Notes under the pieces: generated by a model | Seen by the model: the letters and a program-made list of their open reading frames with translations, nothing else | What the model was told of the DNA's origin: nothing | Database searches by the model: none | Position numbers and translations under genes: made by a program | Part shown: in pieces, positions 17,984 through 27,354 of the stretch | Layout of the letters: each line of letters opens with the position of its first letter | How positions within the stretch are numbered: the first letter of the stretch is position 1 | Source of the DNA: Pseudomonadota bacterium | GTDB lineage: Bacteria; Pseudomonadota; Gammaproteobacteria; Burkholderiales; Burkholderiaceae_C | Length of the DNA: 64,000 nucleotides | Assembly (NCBI GenBank): GCA_040385105.1 | Contig: JAZKHY010000031.1 | Location: forward strand, 1 to 64,000 | Direction: 5' to 3'

Positions 17984-18663
17984 CGCCCGGTTCGGTAAGG
18001 CTCGTCGAAGATGACGAAGTCTTTCTCTGCGAGCGCATCGTCCACCCAGGCTTTCACGCCAGGCAGCGCGCAGACGCGGCGGATGTAGTCGGTGATGTGG
18101 CCAGGTACCGGCAGGGCATAGTTCTTCAGGCGCATGCACACCGGCGCGAAGTACGCGTCTGCCACCGTGAAGCCGCCAAACAGCATCGGCCCCTTGTGCG
18201 CAGCCAGCAGTTCACTCCACATGGCCACGATGCGCTGCACATCGTCGCGCACGCCGGGCTTGTCGCGCCAGACAAGGCGGCCGGCTTCAGGCAGCATGGC
18301 CTCGATGTTCATCGGGCAGGCCGAGCGCAGCGCCGAAAAGCCCGAATGCATCTCGGCGCAGACGCTGCGTGCGCGGGCACGCGCGGCCTTGTCGGCCGGC
18401 CACAGCTGCTTGTCAGGAAAGGTCTCGGCCACATATTCGGCAATCGCCAGCGTGTCCCACACCGCCAGGTCGCCGTCTGCCAGCACCGGCACGCGGCCGG
18501 CGGGGTTGATGCCCAGGATCACATGCTTGAAGGCCGAGTCGGCATCGAAGGCATCGAACTTGACCATCACCTCCTCAAAGGGGATCCCGGCCTGCCTGAG
18601 CAGCACCCAGGGCCGCATGGACCACGACGAGTAATTCTTGTTGCCGATGTAGAGCTTGAGCAT
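17980..18663 (-). CDS. Glutathione S-transferase
   Basis: Start MLKLYIGNKNYSSWS with an AGGAG RBS; the GST fold assignment rests on the overall sequence. Confidence 0.8.
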   Translation of the reverse strand: MLKLYIGNKNYSSWSMRPWVLLRQAGIPFEEVMVKFDAFDADSAFKHVILGINPAGRVPVLADGDLAVWDTLAIAEYVAETFPDKQLWPADKAARARARSVCAEMHSGFSALRSACPMNIEAMLPEAGRLVWRDKPGVRDDVQRIVAMWSELLAAHKGPMLFGGFTVADAYFAPVCMRLKNYALPVPGHITDYIRRVCALPGVKAWVDDALAEKDFVIFDEPYRTGR

Positions 18664-18757
18664 CCTGACCTCCTGTGAATGTCTGGATGCTACCGGGCAG
18701 GGCCGGCCCCATTGATGCGCTTTTGGCGCGGAATTGATGCGGCGGCCAGGCTTGCCG

Positions 18758-19714
18758 TCAGAACCGTCCCGCCGTGCGCCGCATGCCGTCCAGCGAGCTG
18801 CGCGGGCCGCGCGAGCCGAGGTAGCGCGGAACGATCCCCTCCACACCGGATGCCTGGATGCCCAGCGCGTCCAGGCCCGGCAAGTCGCCGGAGGCCACGT
18901 TGTCCACCTGCATGGATGCCAGGTTGTCGCGGCTCATCAGGGGCTCGCCGGGGGCCAGTTCCATCAGCAGGGCCTGCAGGCGGCCCAGCGCCATTGGCAG
19001 GCCGATGACGGGCCTGCCGCGGCCATGGTTGACGCCGGCATGCCGGCCGGCCAGCTGGACCAGCTCACGCAGCGTGAAGACGTCCGGGCCGCAGATTTCA
19101 AAAGTACGGCCGATGGTGTCGCCCTGCTGCAGGCAGTGGATGATGGCGTCGGCCAGGTCTTCCACCCACACCGGCTGGAACCTGGCGTCGGCACCCGCGA
19201 GCGGCAGCACGGGGAAGGCCCGTTGCAGCCTGGCAAACAGGTTGATGAAGCGGTCTTCCGCGCCGAATACCACGCTGGGCCGCAGGATGGTGGCGGCCAG
19301 CCCCGACTCGCGCACGGCCGCCTCCCCGCGTGCCTTGCTGCGCTGGTACATCGACGGCGCATCTTCGGCGGCGCCGAGCGAGCTCAGGTGCACCAGGCGG
19401 CGCGGGCCGGTGGCGGCGCAAGCCCTGGCGATTTTTTGCGGGAGTTCCACATGCGCGCGGTTGAAAGCCGCCTCGCCGCCATGCAGCGTGCCCACCAGGT
19501 TGACAACGGCGTCATGCCCGGCCACGAGGCGCGCGAGCGCAGGTTCGTCATGGATGTCGGCCACAAGGACGGTGACCAGCGGCAGTGGAATGACATGCCG
19601 CGCATGGTCGTAGCGGCGCGTGGCCACGGTGACGCGGCATTGCAGCCGCGCCAGCTTTTCGCAGACATGGCGGCCGATGAAGCCGGTGCCGCCGAGCAGG
19701 AGTATGTTTTTCAT
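18758..19714 (-). CDS. NAD(P)H-binding protein, complex I NDUFA9-like / NmrA-like SDR
   Basis: MKNILLLGGTGFIGRHVCEKL Rossmann motif. Confidence 0.75.
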   Translation of the reverse strand: MKNILLLGGTGFIGRHVCEKLARLQCRVTVATRRYDHARHVIPLPLVTVLVADIHDEPALARLVAGHDAVVNLVGTLHGGEAAFNRAHVELPQKIARACAATGPRRLVHLSSLGAAEDAPSMYQRSKARGEAAVRESGLAATILRPSVVFGAEDRFINLFARLQRAFPVLPLAGADARFQPVWVEDLADAIIHCLQQGDTIGRTFEICGPDVFTLRELVQLAGRHAGVNHGRGRPVIGLPMALGRLQALLMELAPGEPLMSRDNLASMQVDNVASGDLPGLDALGIQASGVEGIVPRYLGSRGPRSSLDGMRRTAGRF

Positions 19715-19754
19715 GTGTCCCGATTTTGCGCCTGCGGGCGCCGCCACGGAAGAC

Positions 19755-20249
19755 TTACTTCTCTTCTTCTGCCGCTTCCCTGTCGATCAGCCGCGTCACA
19801 AACGGCACCAGCGACAGGATGGCCAGCGCCAGCAGGGTGCTGAGCACGGCCGTGGCCTCGCGGCCCAAGCCCGCGGCCACGCCGATGGCGGCCGTCATCC
19901 AGATGCCGGCGGCGGTGGTCAGACCCCTGACCTTTTCCTCGTCATTGCCCTTGAGGATGGTGCCAGCACCGAGGAAGCCGATGCCGGCGATGATGCCCTG
20001 CATCACGCGGCTGAGTTCCGCCTCCTGCAGGCCCGCATGCTGCGGGATCATCACGAACAGGGCCGAGCCCAGCGCCACCAGCATGTGGGTGCGCACGCCG
20101 GCGGCCTTGCCCTTGGACTCGCGCTCAAAGCCCAGCAGGCCGCCCAGCAAGGCGGCGATGGTCAGGCGCAGCACGATCTGCGTGACCTGGGCGACGTCCG
20201 GCAGGTCGGAGAACTCCGACGCCACCGTGCTCCAGACCTGCGCCCACAT
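19755..20249 (-). CDS. MgtC/SapB-family membrane protein
   Basis: 164 aa starting MWAQVWSTVAS; the ORF-track N-terminal extension is probably spurious. Confidence 0.7.
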   Translation of the reverse strand: MWAQVWSTVASEFSDLPDVAQVTQIVLRLTIAALLGGLLGFERESKGKAAGVRTHMLVALGSALFVMIPQHAGLQEAELSRVMQGIIAGIGFLGAGTILKGNDEEKVRGLTTAAGIWMTAAIGVAAGLGREATAVLSTLLALAILSLVPFVTRLIDREAAEEEK

Positions 20250-22309
20250 CAGGGCAGGTCCTTGTTGGGCTCGGGCGCGGCGGCATCGCGCGGCCCCACC
20301 GTGCCCAGGCGCGCCTTGAGCGACTGTGGCTGCCCGGTCAGCAGCGCGGCATAGTTCGTGGTGTTGGACAGCACCTTCTTGACGTAGTCGCGGGTTTCGG
20401 AGAAGGGGACGTTCTCGGCCCAGATGGCCGCTTCGATCACCGGGCCGTTGCGCCAGGCACGCGGCCGGCCCGGCCCGGCGTTGTAGGCGGCGGCGGCCAG
20501 CGGCATGGAGCCCGCAAAGTCGTCCAGCGCGAGCTTCAGGTAGGCCGTGCCGATGGCGATGTTGGTGGACTGGTCGTTGAGCTGGTCGATGGTGAAGCTG
20601 TTCATCCCGATCTTCTTCGCCGTCCAGCGCGCAGTGGCGGGCATGACCTGCATCAGCCCCGAGGCGCCGACATGCGAGCGCGCATCCATGATGAAGCGGC
20701 TTTCCTGGCGGATCAGGCCATAGACGTAGGCCGGGTCGAGCCTGATTTCGGCGGAGCGCTTGATGACGGCGTCGCGGAATGGCATCGGGAAGCGCTGCTC
20801 CGCGTCGATGACGGCCCTGGTGCGCTCGCTGGTGTTGATGCAGCGGTCCCAGACCTCGCGCTGGCAGGCGAAGTCGGCGGCGGCCAGCAGCTCGCGGTCG
20901 TTCATGCCGCCGCGGGTGTGCAGATTGGTGCTGTAGTTCCACTCGCGTGTGCCTTCGGGGCGCAAGCCGATCAGGATGGCATACAGCGCACGGTTGAGGC
21001 CGGGGTTCATCCGCGCTGCGGCTTTTTCCTCGGCGGTCAACGCTGCCGGGCGGGTGGGCACGGTGATGCGCTGGCCCAGTTCCTCCAGCGCCAGCTGTTC
21101 ATAGAAGCCACGCGGCGATGCAATGGACTGCAGCGCGGCCTGGGCTTCCAGCCGGGCCGGGGGGAGGGCCGGGGCAGCGACGACGGCCACGGCGCCTGAA
21201 GCGGCAGGCTGCGGCGCGGGCACTGCCATGGATGCCGTTGCAATGGCCGGACCGGGCGTGGTGGCCAGCTGCGCGCGCGCCTTCCAGTAAACCCAGGTGG
21301 CGTCCTGCCGGGCTTCGGTGCTCATGGCCTGCACAGCCGCCAGCACCTCTTTCCACTGGCCCATGCGCAATGCGGCGCGGACCTTCCAGCCCAGCATGTC
21401 GTCCGTCAGGTCGGTGTCTTTGCCCGCCTTGGCGTAATGGGTCAGGGCTTCGGCTGACTGCAGCTTGCCGGCGGCCTGCTTGCCGATCACGCCCCAGACC
21501 CAGTTGCGCTCCTCGGCGCTGAGCTGCGTGCCCCACTTGTTTTCCAGCAGGAACGCGGCCTGCTCCAGGTCGGTCGTGGCCAGCTTGATCAGCGCCAGGG
21601 TGATCATTTCCTTGCGGGCCTTGCGGATAGCCAGCACCTTGGCGGTGAGGAATTTCGAGGGGCTGGTGTTGATTTCGGCCACCAGGCCCATCGACTCCGG
21701 GGACACGAGTTCAATGGCCCTGCTGACAGCGCGCGGCCGGTTGGCTTCCATCCCCAGGCGGGCCCGGCGCCAGGCGTCGTCGGCCGGCATCTTCTTCATC
21801 TCGATCAGGCGGCCCGCCGCCGTGCTGCAGCCGTCGTCGGCCTCGCGCTGGCCCATCCAGTTGCGGCGGACTTCGTCAACCAGCGCCTCGGTCGCCTGGC
21901 CGCTGGTCAGGCTTTCCACCAGGAGTGCATAGCAGCGCACCTCCTTGTCGTCGTTCATGCGAAAGCGCGGGTATTCGGCGGCAAAGGTGGCCCAGTCGCG
22001 CCGCTGGCCGAGCACCAGCAGCCAGTCGTTGCGCAGGCGGTCTTCCTGGTAGGTGCCGGCGTAGCGTGTGAGGAAGTCCTGGATCTCCTGCGCGGGGGCC
22101 GAGTCCAGCCGCGCCCGCAGCTCCCAGTAGGCGGCCCAGGGCTCCAGCGCATGGCCCCTCGCCTGGGGAAGCAGGGACGCAAGTTTCTTGCGGTCCGCCT
22201 GTCTGTAGGCTTGATTCATCTCAAGGATGAGGTCGTCGCCCCGGTTCTGGGCCTGCGAATGCATCGGCACCACAAGTACGATCAATGTCAGAATGGCTCT
22301 AGTCAGCAT
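20249..22309 (-). CDS. slt: Soluble lytic murein transglycosylase (Slt70 family)
   Basis: Signal peptide MLTRAILTLIVLVVPMHSQA, superhelical N-domain and a C-terminal lysozyme-like domain (ESRF...GLMQ...AYNAGPG). Confidence 0.85.
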   Translation of the reverse strand: MLTRAILTLIVLVVPMHSQAQNRGDDLILEMNQAYRQADRKKLASLLPQARGHALEPWAAYWELRARLDSAPAQEIQDFLTRYAGTYQEDRLRNDWLLVLGQRRDWATFAAEYPRFRMNDDKEVRCYALLVESLTSGQATEALVDEVRRNWMGQREADDGCSTAAGRLIEMKKMPADDAWRRARLGMEANRPRAVSRAIELVSPESMGLVAEINTSPSKFLTAKVLAIRKARKEMITLALIKLATTDLEQAAFLLENKWGTQLSAEERNWVWGVIGKQAAGKLQSAEALTHYAKAGKDTDLTDDMLGWKVRAALRMGQWKEVLAAVQAMSTEARQDATWVYWKARAQLATTPGPAIATASMAVPAPQPAASGAVAVVAAPALPPARLEAQAALQSIASPRGFYEQLALEELGQRITVPTRPAALTAEEKAAARMNPGLNRALYAILIGLRPEGTREWNYSTNLHTRGGMNDRELLAAADFACQREVWDRCINTSERTRAVIDAEQRFPMPFRDAVIKRSAEIRLDPAYVYGLIRQESRFIMDARSHVGASGLMQVMPATARWTAKKIGMNSFTIDQLNDQSTNIAIGTAYLKLALDDFAGSMPLAAAAYNAGPGRPRAWRNGPVIEAAIWAENVPFSETRDYVKKVLSNTTNYAALLTGQPQSLKARLGTVGPRDAAAPEPNKDLP

Positions 22310-22319
22310 GTGGGGGATT

Positions 22320-22904
22320 ATGGACAAGTCAAGCGAGAAGGCGGCCCAGCGAAAGGCCCTCATTGAACAACGGTTGAATATGCCGGACCGCCTGGAGCGG
22401 GCCGATCTTTTGCAACAGGTCATGCGCATCTGGCTCGTGGGCAGGCCTGATGCCGTGATCGGCGCCTACTGGCCGATCAAGGGCGAGTTCGACCCGCTGC
22501 CTGCGCTGCACCGCTGGAAGGAAGACGGCGAGCTCATCGACGAGCCGCAGCCCAGGCGCATCGGCCTGCCGGTGGTGGACAAGGTCCACAAGACCCTGAC
22601 CTTCTGGGCCTGGTACCCCGGCTGCCCGATGGAAGAAGACGCCTATGGCATTCCCAAGCCCAAGGACACCGAAGTGATCGTGCCCACGCTGCTGTTTGTG
22701 CCCTGCGTGGGCTACAGCGCGGGCGGCTACCGGCTCGGGTATGGCGGCGGTTTCTATGACCGCACGCTGGCGACGCTGCAGCCCAAGCCGTTTACCGTGG
22801 GCCTGGGTTTTACACAAGGTTACCTGGATGACTTCGAACCCGAGCCGCATGACGTGCCGCTGGATGCGATATTGAATGACAACGGGGTCGTGTGGCCTGT
22901 GTAG
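22320..22904 (+). CDS. 5-formyltetrahydrofolate cyclo-ligase
   Basis: Start MDKSSEKAAQRKAL; C-terminal GYGGGFYDRTL motif. Confidence 0.75.
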   Translation: MDKSSEKAAQRKALIEQRLNMPDRLERADLLQQVMRIWLVGRPDAVIGAYWPIKGEFDPLPALHRWKEDGELIDEPQPRRIGLPVVDKVHKTLTFWAWYPGCPMEEDAYGIPKPKDTEVIVPTLLFVPCVGYSAGGYRLGYGGGFYDRTLATLQPKPFTVGLGFTQGYLDDFEPEPHDVPLDAILNDNGVVWPV

Positions 22905-22919
22905 GTCCCGGGTGTCGCA

Positions 22920-23900
22920 TCAGTCCATATCGTCCACGGTATCCGGGTCAGGCACTTCCCCGATCGTCTCGCGCGTTGCCTGCGCCTGCCCCTTGAGCCA
23001 CTGGCAGAACGCCTTGATCTCCGGCCGCTGGCCGCTGCGCGGGCCGACGATGACCCAGTAGGCCATCGGTGAGTCCATGCGTTGCTGCGGCAGGGCCTCG
23101 ATCAAATCGCCGTTGGCCAGGCTCTCGGCCACCAGCGGCAGGCGGGCCAGCACCACGCCCTGACCGGTGAGCGCGGCCTGGACCATCTGGTAGGCGTAGT
23201 TGAAGTAAAGCCAGCGCTTGGGGCTGAGCTTGAGCAGGTTCTGCTCCTCGAACCAGCGCCGCCAGGTCAGCCATTGCAGATGGGTCTGGTGTGCGTCTCC
23301 GGCTTCGATCAATGCGAACTGCGCCAGGTCTTCGGGTTTTTTCAGTTTCGTGCTCTTGAGCAGCCAGGGGCTGGCCACGGGTGTCAGCTGCTCGCCGAAC
23401 ATGCGCACCGCGTCGGGCGGCATGGAAGACGCGGGGCCGTAGCGCATGGCCAGGTCCACGTCGGCGATGTCTAGGTCCACTGCTGCGTCTGACGCATCAA
23501 TCCGGATGTCGATGTCGGGGTTGTCCTTCTGGAAGGCCTCCAGCCGGGGGATCAGCCACATCGAGGCGAACGAGGCGAAGGTGGTGATGGACACCGACTT
23601 GCGCCCCGCGCTCTGGCGGATCTGCCGCACGGCCGCATCGATGCGCGGCAGCGCCTGCGACACGCCCAGAAGCAGCTGCGCGCCGGCGCTCGTCAGCTCC
23701 ACTGCCCGGGTGTGGCGCAGGAACAGGCTCACACCGACTTCTTCCTCCAGCGACTGGATCTGCCGGCTCACGGCCGACTGGGTCAGCGCGAGTTCTTCTG
23801 CCGCCGCGCGGAAGTTGAGATGGCGCGACACGGCCTCGAACGCCCGCAGGTGGCCGGCGGAGATCGGGCGGCTGCGCAGGTGGGTTTGCGAATGTTGCAT
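22920..23900 (-). CDS. LysR-family transcriptional regulator
   Basis: HTH LRAFEAVSRHLNFRAAAEELALTQSAVSRQIQSLE. Confidence 0.85.
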   Translation of the reverse strand: MQHSQTHLRSRPISAGHLRAFEAVSRHLNFRAAAEELALTQSAVSRQIQSLEEEVGVSLFLRHTRAVELTSAGAQLLLGVSQALPRIDAAVRQIRQSAGRKSVSITTFASFASMWLIPRLEAFQKDNPDIDIRIDASDAAVDLDIADVDLAMRYGPASSMPPDAVRMFGEQLTPVASPWLLKSTKLKKPEDLAQFALIEAGDAHQTHLQWLTWRRWFEEQNLLKLSPKRWLYFNYAYQMVQAALTGQGVVLARLPLVAESLANGDLIEALPQQRMDSPMAYWVIVGPRSGQRPEIKAFCQWLKGQAQATRETIGEVPDPDTVDDMD

Positions 23901-24029
23901 GACAGGGCGTGTCAGGAGCGAGGAGCTGACTGATGCGATTTTGGAATCAATAGCGTAGCCGGAATTCATTGGACTGCCAAGGGTTGCGCGGCGATCATTC
24001 ATTCCCGAACACCCCTACTGGAGAACGTC

Positions 24030-24554
24030 ATGGCACTTCAAACCACGCACCAATCACTGTCTTCCCCCGTGCTGCCCGGCACCTGGAAGCTGGGCGCCGG
24101 CCGTGCCATTACGCTCCACCCACGCACGGACGCCGTCCTGAAAATTGCGCACGGCCGGGTCTGGGTCACCTTTGACACGCCGCATCGCGGCCATGGCAAT
24201 GAGCTGGGCGACTACTTCCTGTCGGCCGGCGAGCAGCTGACGGTGCAGGCCGGCCAGCGCGCCGTGATCGAGTCTTACGGACCGCAAGCCCGGGAGACGG
24301 CCTATTTCAGCTGGGACGCGCTGCCTGCTGCGGTGCGGAGCCCGGTTCGAGTGGTCAGCCGCTGGCAGCTGGCCGTGGTTCAGCCACTGGTTGACCTGCG
24401 CCTGGCGCTGGGAATGGCGGGTGGTGCTGTAGTGCGCCTGGGCTTCGGGCTGGTGGGCGTCGTCGCCGACCTGCTGCCGGCGCGGGCCGACAGCGGCTTT
24501 GCGCGCGCCTTCAATGCGCAGCCGGGCGTCTGCTCGAACGGCGCGATGAACTGA
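24030..24554 (+). CDS. Hypothetical protein (DUF2917-like), divergent from the LysR gene
   Basis: 174 aa ORF; weak assignment. Confidence 0.45.
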   Translation: MALQTTHQSLSSPVLPGTWKLGAGRAITLHPRTDAVLKIAHGRVWVTFDTPHRGHGNELGDYFLSAGEQLTVQAGQRAVIESYGPQARETAYFSWDALPAAVRSPVRVVSRWQLAVVQPLVDLRLALGMAGGAVVRLGFGLVGVVADLLPARADSGFARAFNAQPGVCSNGAMN

Positions 24555-24615
24555 GACCCCTGCGGGCGCGGCACCGCATCACCGACCCGGGGGCGGGCGC
24601 TGGCAGAATGCCGGC

Positions 24616-25215
24616 ATGGCCCGCCCCAAATCAGCTTCGCACGAACTCAGGCGCGACGAGATCCTCGACATTGCCGCCCTGTGCTTCGCAGACCGGAGCT
24701 ACCCGGCCGCCAGCATGAACGACATCGCCGCCGCCAGCGGCACGTCCAAGGCGCGGCTCTACCACTACTACGAGAGCAAGGAAGCCATCCTGTTCGACCT
24801 GCTCGACAGGTACACCCAGCGCCTGCTGGCCATCATTGCCCAGGCCGAGGCCACGGCGCAGCGGCGCAACCTGGACGAGCGCGCCGCATTGCATGAGCTG
24901 ATCCGCAGCTTCCTGCAGGAATATGAAACCTCGGCCACACGCCATGTGGCGCTGCTGCACGACACCAAGTTCCTCGGCGAAGTGCAGCGCGAGCTGATCC
25001 TGAACCGCCAGCGCGACGTGGTCTCGGCCGTTACCCGCTTCCTGCGGCGCGCCTACCCGCAGCGGCTCAACCCGGTCAACCAGACGGCCGTGACGATGAT
25101 GCTGTTCGGCATGATCAACTGGACTTTCACCTGGCTGCGCCCCGGCGGCGCCATGAGCTACCCGGCCTTCGCCGAGGAAGTGGTCACGATGCTGGAAAAG
25201 GGGCTGGCCTCATGA
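24616..25215 (+). CDS. TetR/AcrR-family transcriptional regulator
   Basis: EILDIAALCFADRSYPAASMNDIAAASGTSKARLYHYYESKE. Confidence 0.85.
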   Translation: MARPKSASHELRRDEILDIAALCFADRSYPAASMNDIAAASGTSKARLYHYYESKEAILFDLLDRYTQRLLAIIAQAEATAQRRNLDERAALHELIRSFLQEYETSATRHVALLHDTKFLGEVQRELILNRQRDVVSAVTRFLRRAYPQRLNPVNQTAVTMMLFGMINWTFTWLRPGGAMSYPAFAEEVVTMLEKGLAS

Positions 25216-25724
25216 CGGCGGTGGCCGGCGGGACCGGCTGCCATCTGGTCATCATGGGGGTGGCGGGCTGCGGCAAGTCCGAGGCCGGCCGCGCGATGGC
25301 GCAGCGGCTCAGCCTGCCCCTGATCGAGGGCGACGACTTCCACCCCAAGCGCAACATCCACAAGATGCAGCAAGGCATCGCGCTGACCGATGACGACCGG
25401 GCCGACTGGCTGCTCACGCTCGGCCGCGAGCTGGCGGGGCAGCCGCTTGGCGCGGTGCTGACCTGCTCCGCCCTCAAGCGGGCCTACCGCGACACCTTGC
25501 GCGCGGCGGTGCCGGGGCTGCGCTTTGTGCACCTGGCCATCACCGAAGCCGAATCGCTCAGGCGAGTGGCCCGGCGCTCGGACCACTTCTACCCGCCCAG
25601 CCTGGTGGCCAGCCAGTTCGAGGCGCTGCAGGACCCGGCGGCCGAGCCGGGTGTGCTGCAGCTCGACGCCACCGCGCCCGTGGAGCAACTCGCGGATGCC
25701 GCTGTGGCATGGGCCCGCGCCTGA
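25212..25724 (+). CDS. Gluconokinase (GntK-type)
   Basis: P-loop VIMGVAGCGKSEAG; overlaps the TetR stop by 4 nt. Confidence 0.75.
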   Translation: MTAVAGGTGCHLVIMGVAGCGKSEAGRAMAQRLSLPLIEGDDFHPKRNIHKMQQGIALTDDDRADWLLTLGRELAGQPLGAVLTCSALKRAYRDTLRAAVPGLRFVHLAITEAESLRRVARRSDHFYPPSLVASQFEALQDPAAEPGVLQLDATAPVEQLADAAVAWARA

Positions 25725-25768
25725 ACGCTCGCCGCAGGGGCATCAGCCCATCCAGGAGTTCAACAATC

Positions 25769-25782
25769 CGTAATCGATTACG
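25769..25782. promoter_or_regulatory. Perfect 14-bp palindrome CGTAATCGATTACG upstream of the MBL-hydrolase gene; candidate operator
   Basis: Self-complementary 14-mer, 34 nt upstream of the ATG at 25816. Confidence 0.45.
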
Positions 25783-25815
25783 ATTAGGTTAAATATTCTG
25801 CCCACAGGAGACCCC

Positions 25816-26805
25816 ATGTCCAAAGCATTCGCAAGCCAGGCCGACCTGGCCGACAAGAAAATCACGTTCGAGCAGCTCAGCCCGCATTGCTGGGCCTACA
25901 CGGCCGAGGGCGACCCGAACTCCGGCGTCATCATCGGCGACAAGTACGTCATGGTCAGCGACTGCACCGCCACGCCCGACATGGCGCGCGACCTGATCGC
26001 CCGCATCCGCGAGGTGTCGGACAAACCCATCAAATATGTGCTGCTGACGCATTACCACGCAGTGCGGGTGCTGGGCGCGAGTGCCTACTTCGCCGAAGGC
26101 GCGACGGAGGTCATCGCCAGCCAGGGCACGCTGGACCTGATCATCGAGCGCGGCAAGGAAGACATGCAAAGCGAGATGGAGCGCTTTCCGCGCCTGTTCC
26201 GCGGCGCCGAGGGCGTGCCCGGCCTGACCTGGCCGACCCTGGTCATCGGCGGCGGCAACCCCGTCAAGGGTGAGGTGCCCGGCAAGCTCACGCTGGACCT
26301 GGGCGGCGTCAAGGTGCAGGTCTGGCACCCGGGCCCGGGCCATACCCGCGGCGACACGATTGCCTGGGTGGAAGAAGAGAAGGTGCTGTTCTCGGGCGAC
26401 CTGGTCGAATACCAGGCCGGCGTCTATACCGGCGATGCGCATCTTGAAGAGTGGCCTGCCACGCTGGAAGCCCTGCGCGCGCTCAGGGCCGAGGCCATCG
26501 TGCCGGGCCGGGGCGAAGCCATGAAAGGCCTGGATGCGGTGAACAAGGCGCTCGACTACACGAAGCAGTGGGTCGAAACGCTGTACCGCTGCGGCAAGGA
26601 AGCCGCCGCTGCCAACATGGACCTGAAGGCCGCCATGGCCCATACCCGCAAGAGCATGGACCCGGTGTTCGGCCAGGTGTTCATCTATGAGCACTGCCTG
26701 CCGTTCGACGTGAGCCGTGCCTACGACGAGGCCAAGGGCATCAAGAACCCGCGCATCTGGACGGCAGAGCGCGACCAGGAGATGTGGGCGGCATTGCAGG
26801 CCTGA
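25816..26805 (+). CDS. MBL-fold metallo-hydrolase
   Basis: LLTHYHAVRV (HxHxDH-like) metal-binding motif. Confidence 0.8.
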   Translation: MSKAFASQADLADKKITFEQLSPHCWAYTAEGDPNSGVIIGDKYVMVSDCTATPDMARDLIARIREVSDKPIKYVLLTHYHAVRVLGASAYFAEGATEVIASQGTLDLIIERGKEDMQSEMERFPRLFRGAEGVPGLTWPTLVIGGGNPVKGEVPGKLTLDLGGVKVQVWHPGPGHTRGDTIAWVEEEKVLFSGDLVEYQAGVYTGDAHLEEWPATLEALRALRAEAIVPGRGEAMKGLDAVNKALDYTKQWVETLYRCGKEAAAANMDLKAAMAHTRKSMDPVFGQVFIYEHCLPFDVSRAYDEAKGIKNPRIWTAERDQEMWAALQA

Positions 26806-26842
26806 GCCCCGCCAGCCTGCGGTGGCCTGGCGTTGGCGGGGC

Positions 26843-27235
26843 CTAGTGGTCCAGGTCGAGCACCGGGATCAGGCCCAGGAAATGCTGCAGCGCCGCCTCG
26901 CCGTCTTTCGCGGCAAGCAGTGTCAGCGCATCCTCCTGCTCGGCAGGCACATAGCCCATGCCAAAGCGCAGGAAGCGACGCTCGGCCAGCGGCGCATAGT
27001 GCAGGATTTCCATGTTGATGTGCCGGGCGTCGGTGCGGATGTGCTCCACCAGGTCGAAGACGAGGTCGCGCGCGCCTTCCAGCAGCTGGGCGAAGCGCGC
27101 GCCGTCAAACATGGTGAGGCCCGTGACGCCGTTGTCCTGGTTGTACCGCCGCGCCTGCGCCATGATGGCGGAGACCACCGTCACCGGTGTGCCGGGCGCA
27201 AGGTTGCTCACATAGAGTATTTCGTAGAGTTTCAA
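26843..27235 (-). CDS. BLUF-domain blue-light sensor protein (short, stand-alone)
   Basis: MKLYEILYVSNLAPG ... QDNGVTGLTMFDGARFAQLLEG; BLUF signature Y..Q..W/M. Confidence 0.8.
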   Translation of the reverse strand: MKLYEILYVSNLAPGTPVTVVSAIMAQARRYNQDNGVTGLTMFDGARFAQLLEGARDLVFDLVEHIRTDARHINMEILHYAPLAERRFLRFGMGYVPAEQEDALTLLAAKDGEAALQHFLGLIPVLDLDH

Positions 27236-27354
27236 GTCGCATCATTCTCCTGGCGGTGAATGTAGGATTGTTGTAACAGCGCCGCAATGTCAAAAGACAC
27301 TGTGCCGCGGTTGCGGGAAGCACGACAATCCTTTCGCAGCAATCACAGGACACC

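Noticed and set aside
27236-27354. Canonical FNR box (TTGAT-N4-ATCAA) in the BLUF/Crp-Fnr intergenic region
   Set aside because: Only partial half-site matches (TTGTAAC...CAATGTC). Not a convincing consensus site.
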